From Rhizophagus irregularis (Eukaryota): a stretch of 64,000 bases of DNA. The position numbers were made by a program, and so were the translations under genes. Position 1 is the first letter of the stretch; each line of letters starts with the position of its first letter. Below are positions 13,256 to 26,900 of this stretch, piece by piece. The notes under the pieces are model-generated. The model saw only the letters and a program-made list of their open reading frames with translations. It was not told where the DNA came from and did no database searches. The stretch lies in assembly GCF_026210795.1 (NCBI RefSeq), contig NC_089430.1, forward strand, positions 5,704,001 through 5,768,000, in the 5' to 3' direction.

Positions 13256-16200
13256 TTATTTCAACCGGTGCTGATCTTTTGCCAATTCAGTTTGTCCTTA
13301 GATTGAACAGCCAATATTTTGCAAGAAACTTAACAATTATCACTGTATCTTTTTTGTGTAATTTCAGGTATAACATAAAAATTACCGTCTACTACTCAAA
13401 AAAGAGATAATTTCGATCAAATTGAATAACTAAATTCAATTATTTATACTAAACTTGCAGCTGGAAAAGTATAAAAGTTTAATTTGATTTCCGCTCAGCC
13501 ATGATAAACTTATCTTGAAAAGTTTACTATTGATATGTATTTGCCTCATCCAAAATAAGTAATCGGATACAAGCCCATTAAAAAAAAATGATAAACAAAT
13601 AAATAACGATAACAAAAAAAATCGCAATAAATAAAATAAAAAGATTCTACAAACTTAAAAGTGGCATATACAACGCTTTTGCTTTCATTATCATGTGTTG
13701 TTTCAAGTTCTATTCTCCGTAATATGAAAATTTTCATTAATATTAGATCTTATTTCGACAAGATTTACCATTTTTAGGAGTATCATCGTCAAAAATAATA
13801 CTAAGCTGGAATGAAAACTATCGTTTAAAAAAATTTTGCAAAATAAATTTTTTTTTAAAAAAATTATCATCATTCGTGTACATAAATATACAGTATTTTA
13901 TAGGGATAAACAAAATTTACAATTTCGTTACCTCTATCAACGAATGTTGCTATTCATTTTTCTGAGGTATATATAATTGAAGAAAGAAATAATTTTAAGT
14001 TTACGACGGTTATATTTAAGAAGTTATTATTTTTGATTCAAAAAGGTTAAAATTAATGATCAATCTCAAACTTTTAGAAAAAAAACAAGATCTTCCTCTA
14101 TTTTTTAATTTTATTTAATCTCTTTTTTTTAGTGAATAGTGTAGAGCTTTTTATTTTTTTTATTATCCAAATAAATTAATTTTAAATAGATTTTTTTTAA
14201 TTGCTTTTTTTCTTATTTGTTTACAATATTGCGTTTGATTTTGTGACTTTTGTTACTTTTGAATATTTGTTTGCGTACAATCTTAAAAAAAGATCAATGA
14301 ATAACAAAATAAAAAAATTTTTATCTTTATTAATAAAAAAAAAATGTAATTCTTGGCAGCTTATTATAGATAAAAAAAAATCCATTTAATTTAATATAAA
14401 TCATGCGATGCCGTAAAAAATTCAAATTTGATAAATCATTTAAGATAATTTCGCAAATACAAATAACGTAATGCCGCCTGGCATTATCCAAAGAAGGAAG
14501 GATCTTCGCATTATTTTAGTTCGTTCTTCACAAATTTTGTATCGTTACATTACTTGGTGTCCTACGTTACCTATCGAGTCATCATTTGAAAAAAATATGA
14601 AATTCACCAAATTTACCAAATTTTGATATTACAAAAATAAACTGTTTTACAAACAATAATTCTCTCACATACATTTCACAAATAAAACCATTTAAATTAT
14701 TTAAATTACCAATCAGAAGTCTCCTTTCGGAAAATCTATTTTTTGATAGTAATTATTTTATGTTACTCATAGTTAAATTTCACAGGTCTTTTAGTCTTAT
14801 TTACGAAACATAATTCTTTATTATTTTATTAATGTAGTAAAAACATTATTAATATCGTTCAAATTTTAATAAAATAAATTTTTTTTAATGAAAAACAGAA
14901 AAAAGATCTCGTACAACATTAAAATAAAAAAATGTATATCACGAAGATTTACATTTAATTTGTTTGTTTGCAATGTTTACAGTGGATTAAGCAAATTTTT
15001 TTTCAGGACATATTAGCAAAAAAAAGGTCCTGGCACGAAATGTACGTACTTGGCTTTTTGTATCCCTTTTGACAAACTGATGATAAAGGATTGGTTACAC
15101 CTGGACGTTCTATTATGCTTTTCCAGCGTGCGTCACATTTACAAGTTTTGTAATTGGATTTGATTTGGTCATACTCGGAAGCTTTACAATTTAAACAAAA
15201 ATTCTGAGCGACCTTAAAATAGACCAGCTATCCTAAGCTACTACTATATTTTTCACATGATGATATCATATAAAGTTTGGATTTTATTTACAGTAATTTT
15301 ATAATCTAGAGATAATACAGTACAACTGGTGAGCCCACTGTAGTGACAAAACTTCTTGGGAATCTACACCTGCATCGCAGTAAATTAATATCATAGAACA
15401 ACTGCTTATTGATCCAGCTAAGCTTCAAAACGACACCCTTATATTTCAAAACTCAAAAATAAAATGTAACCTGACCTAGATGATCAGTAATCACTATAAA
15501 AAGACCGACTACATAAAGGAAAAAAATTTTTATTCTAATTGCAATCCGGACCTATCTGAAAACACTTTCTATAAATTGCAATTAAAATTAACGTTCCTTA
15601 ATATAATTATAAACTTTTCAGTAGTAAATTCAAAATCTTCGCTAGTACTTCTCCTTTATTACCTGGCCTACTCTTCTGTTACTGTCCAATTTCTTGGAGA
15701 GGTGGAGTTTTCTTTTAATGCATAATGAGTTCTTACCTAGTATCTTTTTTTTGATAACCTTTCTGAAGAATCTGAGTTATTATTCTTCTTTTGCGCGTTT
15801 GAAGAAGCGTAGCGTGACCAACAACATACTTTTGAACTACAAGGTTATGAAATAATGACAGCACAATGGAAAATATGTTAATAGAATATTTCAAAAAAAT
15901 GATTCTCAAAAGAATTTTGTGTGGATTTCATAATTCCAGAGTTAGACTCTGTACAGTCTCTATACATACTTTCAACTATATATATCGTAAACGACTGCAA
16001 TAGAACTCTCCCTATTCTTTCTAAAAGGGCGTGTATATATTTATAATTCATCTCCAAGTGTGTAAGACCATAGGCAATTAGGCACCGTTGAGAAAGTGAA
16101 CGAAGAGAGTTCTATATTGATGCATACTGCTTGATATTTGCGTTGATTTTTGATAGACGTGTTAAATCGCCTAAAATTTTTTTTGACCAAATTGACGTTA

Positions 16201-17196
16201 CGCAATGTCTAATTCGGATCACCTGACCGTAATGATCTCGACGGACGATTGGTTTTCAACGAAATATTTTTATCACGTGAGCGATCTGCCTTTCTTTGTC
16301 TCATGTGATGAAAAGCATTTCGATCGTTGCATTATACTTTCCGAATTAAGTATAGCTTCTAAACTGCGCCGCCTCTTCTTCCTCTTCGTCAGTCGATGAT
16401 AGGATGTTGTAATATAATTCGTATATGCTGCTCTTGAAGCAATTTCTAAAAAAATGAAGGGTCAGTATAACTTCTATTATACAGCTTCTTGACGGAAGTT
16501 TATAGGGTTAACGCAATCACCAAAAAACTAATAAGTTTTGAACTTGGTCGTCATAGTGATGAAAAAGTTTTTATGTGATAGTATATCATTATAATGAGAT
16601 TGAAAACTATCATAAATAGTTGTAAGTATTTTCCTTTGTTCTTTAAAAAAAAATTATCTTTATTAAATTTAAGCTAATATTTTTATATAAATAATTTTTT
16701 ACTGCGGTCTTATTTAAATTTTTGCCCTTAGTAAACATAATAAATTTTTTTTTTTGTTAAACATCGTGGGTTATATTGGAGTAACAAATGTAACAAATAG
16801 ATAAGCCGTAAGCGTCGATATTTTCTGTGTAACAGTATCACAAAGGAATTCTCAAAAACTTTACAATTTAAAAAAGCTTTTAAGTTTAGAAACAAAAGCA
16901 ACCAATAAGATTCGGACTAGTATTATAATTTTTATTTAAGCCACATGATATTTAACAAATGATCATCACATAATTTGTTTATTTCCTCTCCTGTAATATA
17001 TATATTTATTTATTTACATTTAGAATTCTTTTATATACACAATTTGTACACTTTTCTATGCGCTTTCCTGTTTCAAATAAACAAACAAACAAAACAAAAT
17101 AAAACACACCCACCACATTCATTTATATAATTTAAAAACTTTATTTCAGTTTTAATATTTTAAAAATCTTTGTTTATTAATCAATAATAAATCATA

Positions 17197-19685
17197 ATGG
17201 ATACGTTACTTAAAAAACTAACCCCAAATAAGAAATGCGTTAAATGTAAATTTAAATGTAACTCAATATATTTTCAACAAAATTTCAAAAATTGGACTAG
17301 TGGTAATGAATATATTGATAAATTTATTCAAGATTCTCAAGTATTATCTCATAAGAATTATAGATCAAATTTATTAGAATGGATACCATATGATAGATTT
17401 CATAACATCAGATATATTGAAAACATTGGAGTGTATAAAGCAAATTGGATTGATGGATATATTCATTATTGGGATTATGTGACTAAAGATTGGAGAAGAT
17501 TTGATCAAAATATGTTTGTTACTTTGAAACTTTTAAATGAACCAAAAATTATTGCATTAGAATTTAAAAATGAGGTAATGATATATTTTTTTATTTTAAT
17601 TAATTTTTGAAAAAATTTTAATTTTTACAAATATAATATATGTGTAGATTAATATACCTTGCGGAATAACTCAAAATCCACAAACAAAAGATTATATGAT
17701 GGTGTTGCGTGATAAATGCAAACAATGTATTTGCAAATGTAATTCAATATACTTTAAACAAAATTTTGGGAATTGGACAAGTGGTAATGATGATATTGAT
17801 GAATTTATTCAAAATACTCAACTATTAGCTCATAAGAAATTACCAGTATCTGATGTATTAGAATGGATACCTTATAATAGACTTAATAATATCAAATATA
17901 TTGAAAGAAATGGATTGTATAATGCAAATTTAATTGATGGATGTATATGCAAATGGAGTGTACTTTACCAAAATTGGGAAAGAGAAAATCAAAATATGTT
18001 GGTAACTTTAAAATATTTAAATAACCCAATAAATGTTACGGAAGAATTCATGAATGAGGTATAATAATTTATTATTTAATTTTAAGTTTTGAAAATTTTT
18101 AATTTCTATTAATACAGTAATATTATATTTTGTAGATTAAAATAGATTATGAATTTTATGGAATAACTCAAGATCCACAAACAAAAAATTATATGATTGT
18201 ATTGAGTGATAAATGCAAAAAGTGTAATTCAAAATGTAATGCAATACACTTTAAGCAAAATTTTGAAAGTTGGACTAGTGGTAATGATGTTATTGATCAA
18301 TTTATTCAAGATAGTCAGCTATCAGATCATCATAATGATGTAAATGAAGCATTAGAATGGATAAATTATGATAGATTTAATAATATTGAATATGTTTCAA
18401 AGGGTGGATTCGGTGAAATATGTAAAGCAAATTGGATTGATGGATGTATTGACAAGTGGGATAATATAAATCAAAATTGGAAAAGACATGATGAAAATAT
18501 GGTAGTAGCTCTGAAAAGTTTAAATCATTCAAAAAATATCACATTAGAATTTATGAACGAGGTATGAATAATTTATTACTTAACAAAAACTTTTTAATTA
18601 TTGTAGTTTTTAATATTATTTTTTTTTTTGCCTTTATATTATGTAGATGATACTTCATCATAAATTAGATTCTAATTATAAAATTATTAAATTCTATGGA
18701 ATAACTCAAAATCCGGAAACTGAAAATTATGTAATGGTTTTAGAATATGCAGATGATGGAAGTTTACGAAAATATTTGGACACAAATTTTAATAAATTAC
18801 TTTGGAGAAATAAATTTATTTATTTATATGATATTATAAATGGGCTTAGATTTATTCATGAAAGCAATTTGATTCATCGAAACTTGCATAGTGGTAATAT
18901 ATTAAAGCTTAAATATAATGCTGCTATAACTGATATAGGATTGTGCAAACCTGCAAATTGTAATGTACAAAAAAATAATATATATGGTGTTTTGCCTTAT
19001 ATAGCTCCTGAAATTTTACGGGGACAAACTTATACTCAAGCTGCTGATATTTATAGTTTTGGTATAATTATGTATGAAGTAATTTCTGGTTTACCTCCTT
19101 TTTATGATTTAAGTCATGATGAATATTTGGCAATAAAAATTTGTCAAGGACTTAGACCAAGATTTGATATTAAAGTACCTCAATTAATTGTGGATTTAAT
19201 TAAAAGTTGCTTAGATGCAAATTTATTAATGAGACCAAAAGCGGAAGAAATTAGAGATATTTTATACATATGGCGATGTGAATTAGCTAGCAAACAAACA
19301 ACAGAAATACAAAAACAAATTAAAGAAGCAGATGTAACAAACAACAATTCAAATTACAGTATATCTTCAACGTGTTTAGGATTATCATATAAAACACATT
19401 CAGAAGCTATTTATACAAGTAGATTGCTTAATTTTGATAATCTTCCTGAACCAAAAAATTCCGATGATTTTTATGAACAGAATGATAATATAATTAGCAT
19501 TGAATCTTCAGGTACTGTTTAATGAAAAATTATTTAAAATAATTATAAAATAATACTAACAAATTATTACTTATTAAGTAGTATTATTATCTCAACAAAT
19601 TAACGTTTCTCAATTGAACATTATTAATCTCCCTGAACCAAGAAATTCTGATGATGATTATTATGAACAAAATGGTAATATATAG
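17197..19685 (+). CDS. TKL kinase-like protein with three tandem N-terminal Cys/N-lobe modules (predicted pseudokinase, HRN)
   Basis: Exons ~17197-17574, 17648-18058, 18136-18561, 18647-19511, 19582-19685; three CxxC..WTSGN..LEWI..ANxIDG..LK modules; HRNLHSGN, DIG, YIAPE. Confidence 0.88.
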
Positions 19686-21052
19686 TAAGTATATAGAGAT
19701 TTATAAATACTAATAAATTTATTTTGTTATATAAATCTTTACAAATTGATAATTTCTCAATTGAATCTAACAAAGATGGTAAATTGTAAGTTATACGATA
19801 ACTTATACTATATTATTTTTCAAGATACATTTTCGCATCATAATTTTTTTTTTTATTATGATTTTAGAATTTGATTTTTTTTTCAATAATTGGATTGCAA
19901 CTTTATCTATAAGATTAAATTTGGTATGGCGGTTTAAGGAAAATGAAAATATCATTAGATAGATCTTTTAATTGTAATAATTTTTCAATTAAATAAAAAT
20001 ATAAAGTTTAGACTATAAATGTAATATAGGTCCCGTTCTTTGTATTGTATATAACAACTGAATTTTTTGTATTAAGATTTCAATGCAAATTTTCAATTAC
20101 AGTAGTTAGGATTATGAAGCCTATTTCTAATTAAAATATGATACAAGGGATCACAAACATCATATTAATGTATGTATATATTAATAAAATTACTATAATT
20201 ACTACGCCAAAAAATTAGTTGGCATCGCCGTATTGATTAAGGAAGCGGCAGGGATCTTTGCATCTCCATCAGCAAAATATTGTACAAGAAAAAAAAATAA
20301 TAAAAAAAAAATTGTAGTATCATAATAGAATAACGGAACCGTTGATAAAAATAACTATTTACAATTCGTACAAAGTTGATAAAATTGAGAAAATTTTACT
20401 AATTTTTGCAAATAATCATCTTTAATGAAGTTAAAATTTCGAATTCCAAATTGTAATAAGGATTTGTAAATTTTCTCAACACGTTTGTGATTATAATTTT
20501 TGAAAGACGTCCAATCAATATTTATGCGGCAAATAAAACTACAATTTCGTCATGTTAAAATTATGTGTCGTACCAAATGATAAACCCAAAAAAAATTTTA
20601 ATTAAATATCATTCCATTTTGATTTCTTTAACGCCAAGTACTTGTGTAACGTTCATCATACGGTGATCTATCCGTCTATCGGAATAGTTTTCGTTGTTCA
20701 TTTATCAAATACATTGATAATTCGGAGTAAAATCCTGTAAAGGAACTAAGCCCATGAAATTATTGAAATTATTCAACTTGTTTTGCTTATATAGAATCTT
20801 TTATATCATTATATTTCGCAACATTTAAAAAATTTCGTGTTATTATTATCACGTTCTTGATTCACGTTAATTTTTTTTTAATATTTAATATTAATGTCAA
20901 AATACGTCAAAATACGGATTCTTTTTTATATAAGTCATGATAACAGAAGTTTTGAATGATGTATTAAATAAATATAGAGTTAAATATATATATAAAGTTA
21001 GTCGCTATAATAAATAAACTTTGGAATTCGTCACGATAAAATGAAATATTTG

Positions 21053-22461
21053 TTAATGTGGTATTCTTTTTTTCCTAATATTAACTAATCTGCCTTTATA
21101 ATCAAATATATGAGGCCCGGATTTTTTATTACTAAACCTCTTTTTACGACATTTATAATAACCACATTCTGGGCAATATCCATCCGAGCTTCGATAAGAT
21201 GGCCGGCATTTACAATATGAATAATTACAATGTCCACACCAAAGTTGAATCTATTTTACAAAATAAAAACAATAAAAGAATATTATAAAATGATAAAATG
21301 AATGATTATACACGCTTTTTCTTACTTGTCCTTCAGGATTGTTTTCTTGATTTTTAAGCTCGTTTTCTACAAATTCTTTTTTAGAGTTACGTTTTTCAGT
21401 TTCATCTTGCCTTTCAGATTCTTTAAGTGGTTTATCTACAAAAACTTCTCAAAAGTCAGTGAAAATATCCAGTATTGAAAGCGTGTGTTGTCCAGAATAT
21501 TGTATAGTTATGAACGGGTTGCAAAAGCTGTGGAGGATACCACTCAGTACAACCTACCTTCGGGCTTATTTTCTTCAGAATTATGTTTTTCAGTTTTGAG
21601 TTGTTTATCTACAAAAACTTATCAAAAGTCAGTGAAAATGCCTGGTGTTGAAAGTGTGTGTTGTCCAGAATGTTATATAGTCATGTAAACAGGGTTGCAA
21701 AGGCTGAATAGGGACTGGAGGATACCACCCAGTACAACCTACCTTCGGGCTTGTTTTCTTCAGAGTTATGTTTTTCAGTTTTGAGTTCTTTAATTGGCTT
21801 ATCAACAAAAACTTCAGTGAAAATGCCTGGTGTTGAAAGCATGTGTTGTCCAAAATGTTATATAGTCATGTAAACAAGGTTGCAAAAGCTGAATAGGGAC
21901 TGGAGGATGCCACCCAGTACAACCTACCTTCATGCTTGTTTTCTTCAGAGTTATGTTTATCAGTTTTGAGTTCTTTAAGTGGCTTATCTACAAAAACTTC
22001 TCAAAAGTCAGTGAAAATGCCTGGTGTTGAAAGTGTGTGTTGTCCAGAATGTTATATAGTCATGTAAACAGGGTTGCAAAAGCTGAATAGGGACTGGAGG
22101 ATACCACCCAGTACAACCTACCTTCAGGCTTGTTTTCTTCAGAGTTATGTTTTTCAGTTTTGAATTGTTTATCTACAAAAACTTCTCAAGTCAGTAATAT
22201 GCCTGATGTTGAAATCATGTGTTATCCAGAATGTTGTATAGTTATGTAGTCACGTAAACAGGATTGCAAAAGCTGAATAGGGACTGGAGGATACCAGTAT
22301 AACCTACCTTCAAAATAAACTTTCGTTTGTACTTTTCTTTGTTTTTCTTTCTGTTCCTTTTCTAACAATTTCTCTAGTAATTTTTTTTTTCTTGCTCTTG
22401 TAATTCCTCTTACATAATCTTTACATTGCTTAAAAAAAGAGCGGGCTTTTTTTCGAGCCAT
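21053..22461 (-). CDS. Hypothetical protein: basic/coiled N-terminus, exon-encoded DK..KTEKHNSEENKPE repeats, Cys-rich basic C-terminus
   Basis: Exons 22461-22308, 22172-22122, 21987-21928, (21802-21743, acceptor mutated), 21608-21558, 21435-21326, 21250-21053 join in one open frame with GT..AG introns; last exon IQLWCGHCNYSYCKCRPSYRSSDGYCPECGYYKC..RIPH*. Confidence 0.8.
21431..22311. repeat. Tandem repeat, ~5 units of ~175-195 bp (intron+exon units)
   Basis: Unit starts near 21431, 21604, 21798, 21983, 22168 with high mutual similarity. Confidence 0.95.
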
Positions 22462-23939
22462 TTTTTTTCAATGATAAAATATTTCTATATATTGCCTAAT
22501 GTTGTTAAATCCGATGCTGTTAAAATCCGTTAAAATCCGTAAAAATTTTAGTTCCGTAAAAATTTTAGTTTGGAGAAAAAAGGTTTAGCAGGAGCTTTTA
22601 TTTTATACTCTCAGTACGTGAGTGAATAATACGGTTTTATCATTACTCATTAGATTATGATTATTGTTATGTAGTACGATTGAATAATGTGGTTTGAAAC
22701 TAAGATAATAACATAATATGTGTCATGACAAAACATGACAAATATCATAGTATGTAATAAAATAATATTATATTATTATGCAGCCAAATAGGATCATGTT
22801 GTTTTTAACATACTGATATTTTTTAGATAAACTATTATTGCGTGAATATCTTCAATATTTTTGACGCATTACGTCATATAGATTATTATCACACATTTAT
22901 TATGCTTTTCATATGGAACATGATCTTGGCCGTCTGCATAATTAATAGTTATTCGGCACGAATTTATGAATAATAATTTAGCGCAAAAATAAACTATTAT
23001 ACAATAATTGAAGAGATAATAATTATATGTAAATTTATATTATAAAAAGGAATATAAAAATAATAATTAAAATTACTAAAAAAAAATTGCGAAATTACAA
23101 ACCTAAATTTTAAATTTAGTACAGTATTATACATACATTCTCAATCACATTGAAATATTGGAAATATTTGATATGTAATTTGAATGATATTTGGATTTTT
23201 GGACTATTTTTTACATATAACGAATTTTATTATAATTTTTTAATGAAAAATTAACGTGTTAAAGGCGATCAGCGCGAATTTACATCATGGATAATCAAAG
23301 ATTTAGCTTTGGAATCCTGGTAATTAGTTTCAAGTGTTTCAAAAACTTTCTTTTTCTTTGTAGGATGCTGGCTAACTTCATTACCAGAATCCTGAAAGTA
23401 AGCTCTCGAAATAATTGGTAACTTTCTTTTTTAAAAACATTATTAAGTCTTATTTATTAATTTATACATTTTTTTTCCTTTTTTTTTAAGGAAGCGGCTC
23501 CAACTTGGATATATCGGAATTTAGTCAATTCGGAGATCTCCGTTTTTAGAAAGAAAACATTTATTACTAATAATGTATTTTACATTTATAGAACAATGTA
23601 TATTAATAAAACATTTTACATTTATTGACAGAATAATAATAGATTTGAAGATCTCTTTAATATCTCCTAAATAAAGTTTAACAACTAATTTAAAATAAAT
23701 TTACTTTTTAATATATGTTTACTATAACTCAAACATATATTCATTATAACTTAAATATGCGTTAACTATAACTTTAATTTGCATTTTACGATTTCAATAC
23801 TATTTTTGTACGACCCGATTAGATTTTCTTAATATACAGTAACTTTATACATGCGATTGTCTTGAACTTATCGTGGCGATGTGAAACCATATCGTGACCA
23901 AGTCTTGATTATAAGGTCTATGATAAAATTTCAACTTGG

Positions 23940-26900
23940 TCATGATATGGTTCCAATTTTAAAGTTTTGCAAAGTTTTTCTAATTTCTCTAATTTCTTCT
24001 TTTAAATTATCTAATTTATCATCGTTAGATTTTAATTTCTCCAACATTAGCTCATTGTCAATAGGATTATGTTTAATTTGAAGTTCTTCTAATAATTTTT
24101 CCCGCATCTCTGTGAATTCCTTAGTATCCCATTCACCTTCTTTAATCAATCTTTTAATTTCTATTCGAGTCTTATCAACATCGGCATAGTAATGTCTTGA
24201 AAAAAATAAATTTTGAATAATTAATAAAATCATGACATTAAATTTTTTTTTAAAGTAAGATTACATACATTACTTCAGGAAACCATGTTTGCCAACGTCT
24301 CTGATATGGTAATAGGTAAAATAACTCAATCTCAGCCAAAATCTAAAAGTTGAGATATATTAGTATATTTACAGAAATAGAATGATTAATAATATTATTA
24401 TTTACCTCTGCCTTTTGCATCAAATATGAGACTCTATTATTATTTTCTTCAATTGCATTGCTGAGTAGTCCAATTAACAAGTTCATAAGATATATAACAA
24501 TTAAAAGAGAAAATAAAACAATCAATATTGCAATTGATGGATTGTCAGCATATGGCCAATTGGATAATGCGCTTGAGTCACCTATTGATATGAAAGAAGA
24601 ATTGCTTAAAAATATTAGAAAAAATATTTATGTAATAAATTATGAAAAATTAGATATACCTGCTAAAAATAAATACATAGCAAAAAGAGAAGTTCTAAAA
24701 TCTATAAACATGTTTGTATTTTTATCAGGAATTTGAAACATAAATGGATTGGAATTGATATTTCCATCATTATCAATTTGACTATAACTAGGAGCTAAAT
24801 TCCAAGGATTATTTGGATCATTATTATGTTGATCAAGTGAAAATTCAGATCTTGGTGATAATAAAATATAAAATGCATGTGCAAAACTTATTATAATAAT
24901 GAATAAGACTAATAAAAAAGAAAAAATCTTTTTTCCAACACTAATAATAATTGCAAAATATACACCAAAATATTCAAATGCTCTAAAAAATAATAAAAAT
25001 TTTATATCTAAAAATAAGCATGAAAAAGAAAGCAACTGAATTAGATAATTATCATTCTTATTATTTGTTTGAAGCCAATAAATAGAAGTGTAAATTGAAA
25101 GCACATAAGCAATTATATCTGAAATATTAAAATATTATATAATTAATTTTATTTTCTTAAACTATTGTAAAATAATTAAATTAAACATTTATATTTACCA
25201 AAAATATTCCAAAAATTATAGAACCACTTAATAATATTATAAAAAAATTGACGAATTTCTAAAATCAGATGAATAAATCCAAGTATGATCGAAGCAATAA
25301 AAAGTTGTTGTTTAACTTCTTCATTGATATATTGTTGGGGTACTGTTGCAGCAGCAGTAAAGCATCCAAGTAAAGACATGAATAAAATCCAAATCATTGC
25401 AAAATAATATTTTCCATAAGCATTCCATTTAAAATTAATTAATGCTTCTCCACTCCATGTTTTATAGATATTCCTATTTATTGTTTCAGTAAATAAACTA
25501 GGTTGAGGTCTAATTAATTCTAAAAACCAATTGTAATCTCTTGAATAATTAACAAAATTAATATAGGGAACAATAAAAGTAATTGTTGGTGTTGTAGTTG
25601 TCATATTATCTTCAAAAAATTCAAAAACTTTAAAAATAATACGTACAGCAAGGAAATAAACATAAGAAAATGCATCTGAAGCGTAAATATTATTGATAAA
25701 ATTGTATTTTGATAAAATATAAAATGTAACAAAATAAAGGGGTAAAGTTAAAAGTATTATTAAAGCTTGAGTAACACATATAATTAACCATATAATAGAA
25801 GTAGTAACTGATAATAATTTCAATTTACGATGGAATTTTGTCCATAAAAGAGATTTCGATAAATTAGCTAATTGAGGATATTGAGAAAAAGAATAAAGAT
25901 GTAAATTTTTATTTCGATGCTTTATGCTATAAAAAGGAGAATCTATGATCATATTCGTTTCTGATGAATATTTTAGAATATATTCCGGATAATATTTATC
26001 TAGTAATGGCATTGTGGAAGTGATAATGCTTAAAAATGACTTATTGTTAATTAAGTCCTCTTTAAAATAAGTCATACATTTTTTATAATTATCATCAATT
26101 AATTCTAAATTATGTTCTTTAATTGCAAATGTTAATAATCCAACTCCATATTTCAAAAGACTTGTCTTATTATTTATTACATCTGAATTCCATCCATTTA
26201 ATCTAAAACTATTATAATTTGGTAATGGTAAAGTAGATTTTAAAAAAATTTGGAGTGATTTCATACAATCTTTATATCTTATAATGTCATGATTGTTAAT
26301 GCTATTTTTATATCTATAGTTCTCTAAATTCATATAATAAAAATAGTTTAAAAAAATAGATTTGTCTTTTTCGCTAGATTTGTTATTATCACTAGATTTG
26401 TTATTTTCATTAAAAGTATAAATAAGAATACCAAAATTTGTCAATATAACAATATCATCGTTATTAAATAATGAGCTTGCAATTAATATACAATAGTAAT
26501 CTTTAAATTTATAAGGATGATTTTCAATTCTTGTGCTAATTGATTCCCATTCAGTATTAATCCTTCTGAAAACTTCTAGTTTAATTTTTTCATTATCAAC
26601 ATGTACATCCCATTTAATTAAATTTCCAGTTAACTCAGCTGATTTTTTCACTTCACTATCACCATTATTTCTTATGGCTTTTTGAAATAATGTAAACACA
26701 GTACCCATATATAGATTAAATGAATAAACATTTAAGTGTTTATAAGTTTTCTTGTTGATTTTATCATGATCACCAAATTTAATAATTTTATTATTTTCTT
26801 TATTTAATTCGTTAGAATTTTCAGGTGAAAAGTTTGTTGACATCTTTTCTTCAAATTTAGATTTCCAAACACGTCCATTTAGAATTCCAAGCACAAACTT

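Noticed and set aside
15000..16500. Decayed coding or TE fragments
   Set aside because: Many stops and no recognisable domain
21431..22311. CRISPR-like array
   Set aside because: Whole units are repeated with no unique spacers, no cas genes, eukaryotic context; explained as intron+exon duplications
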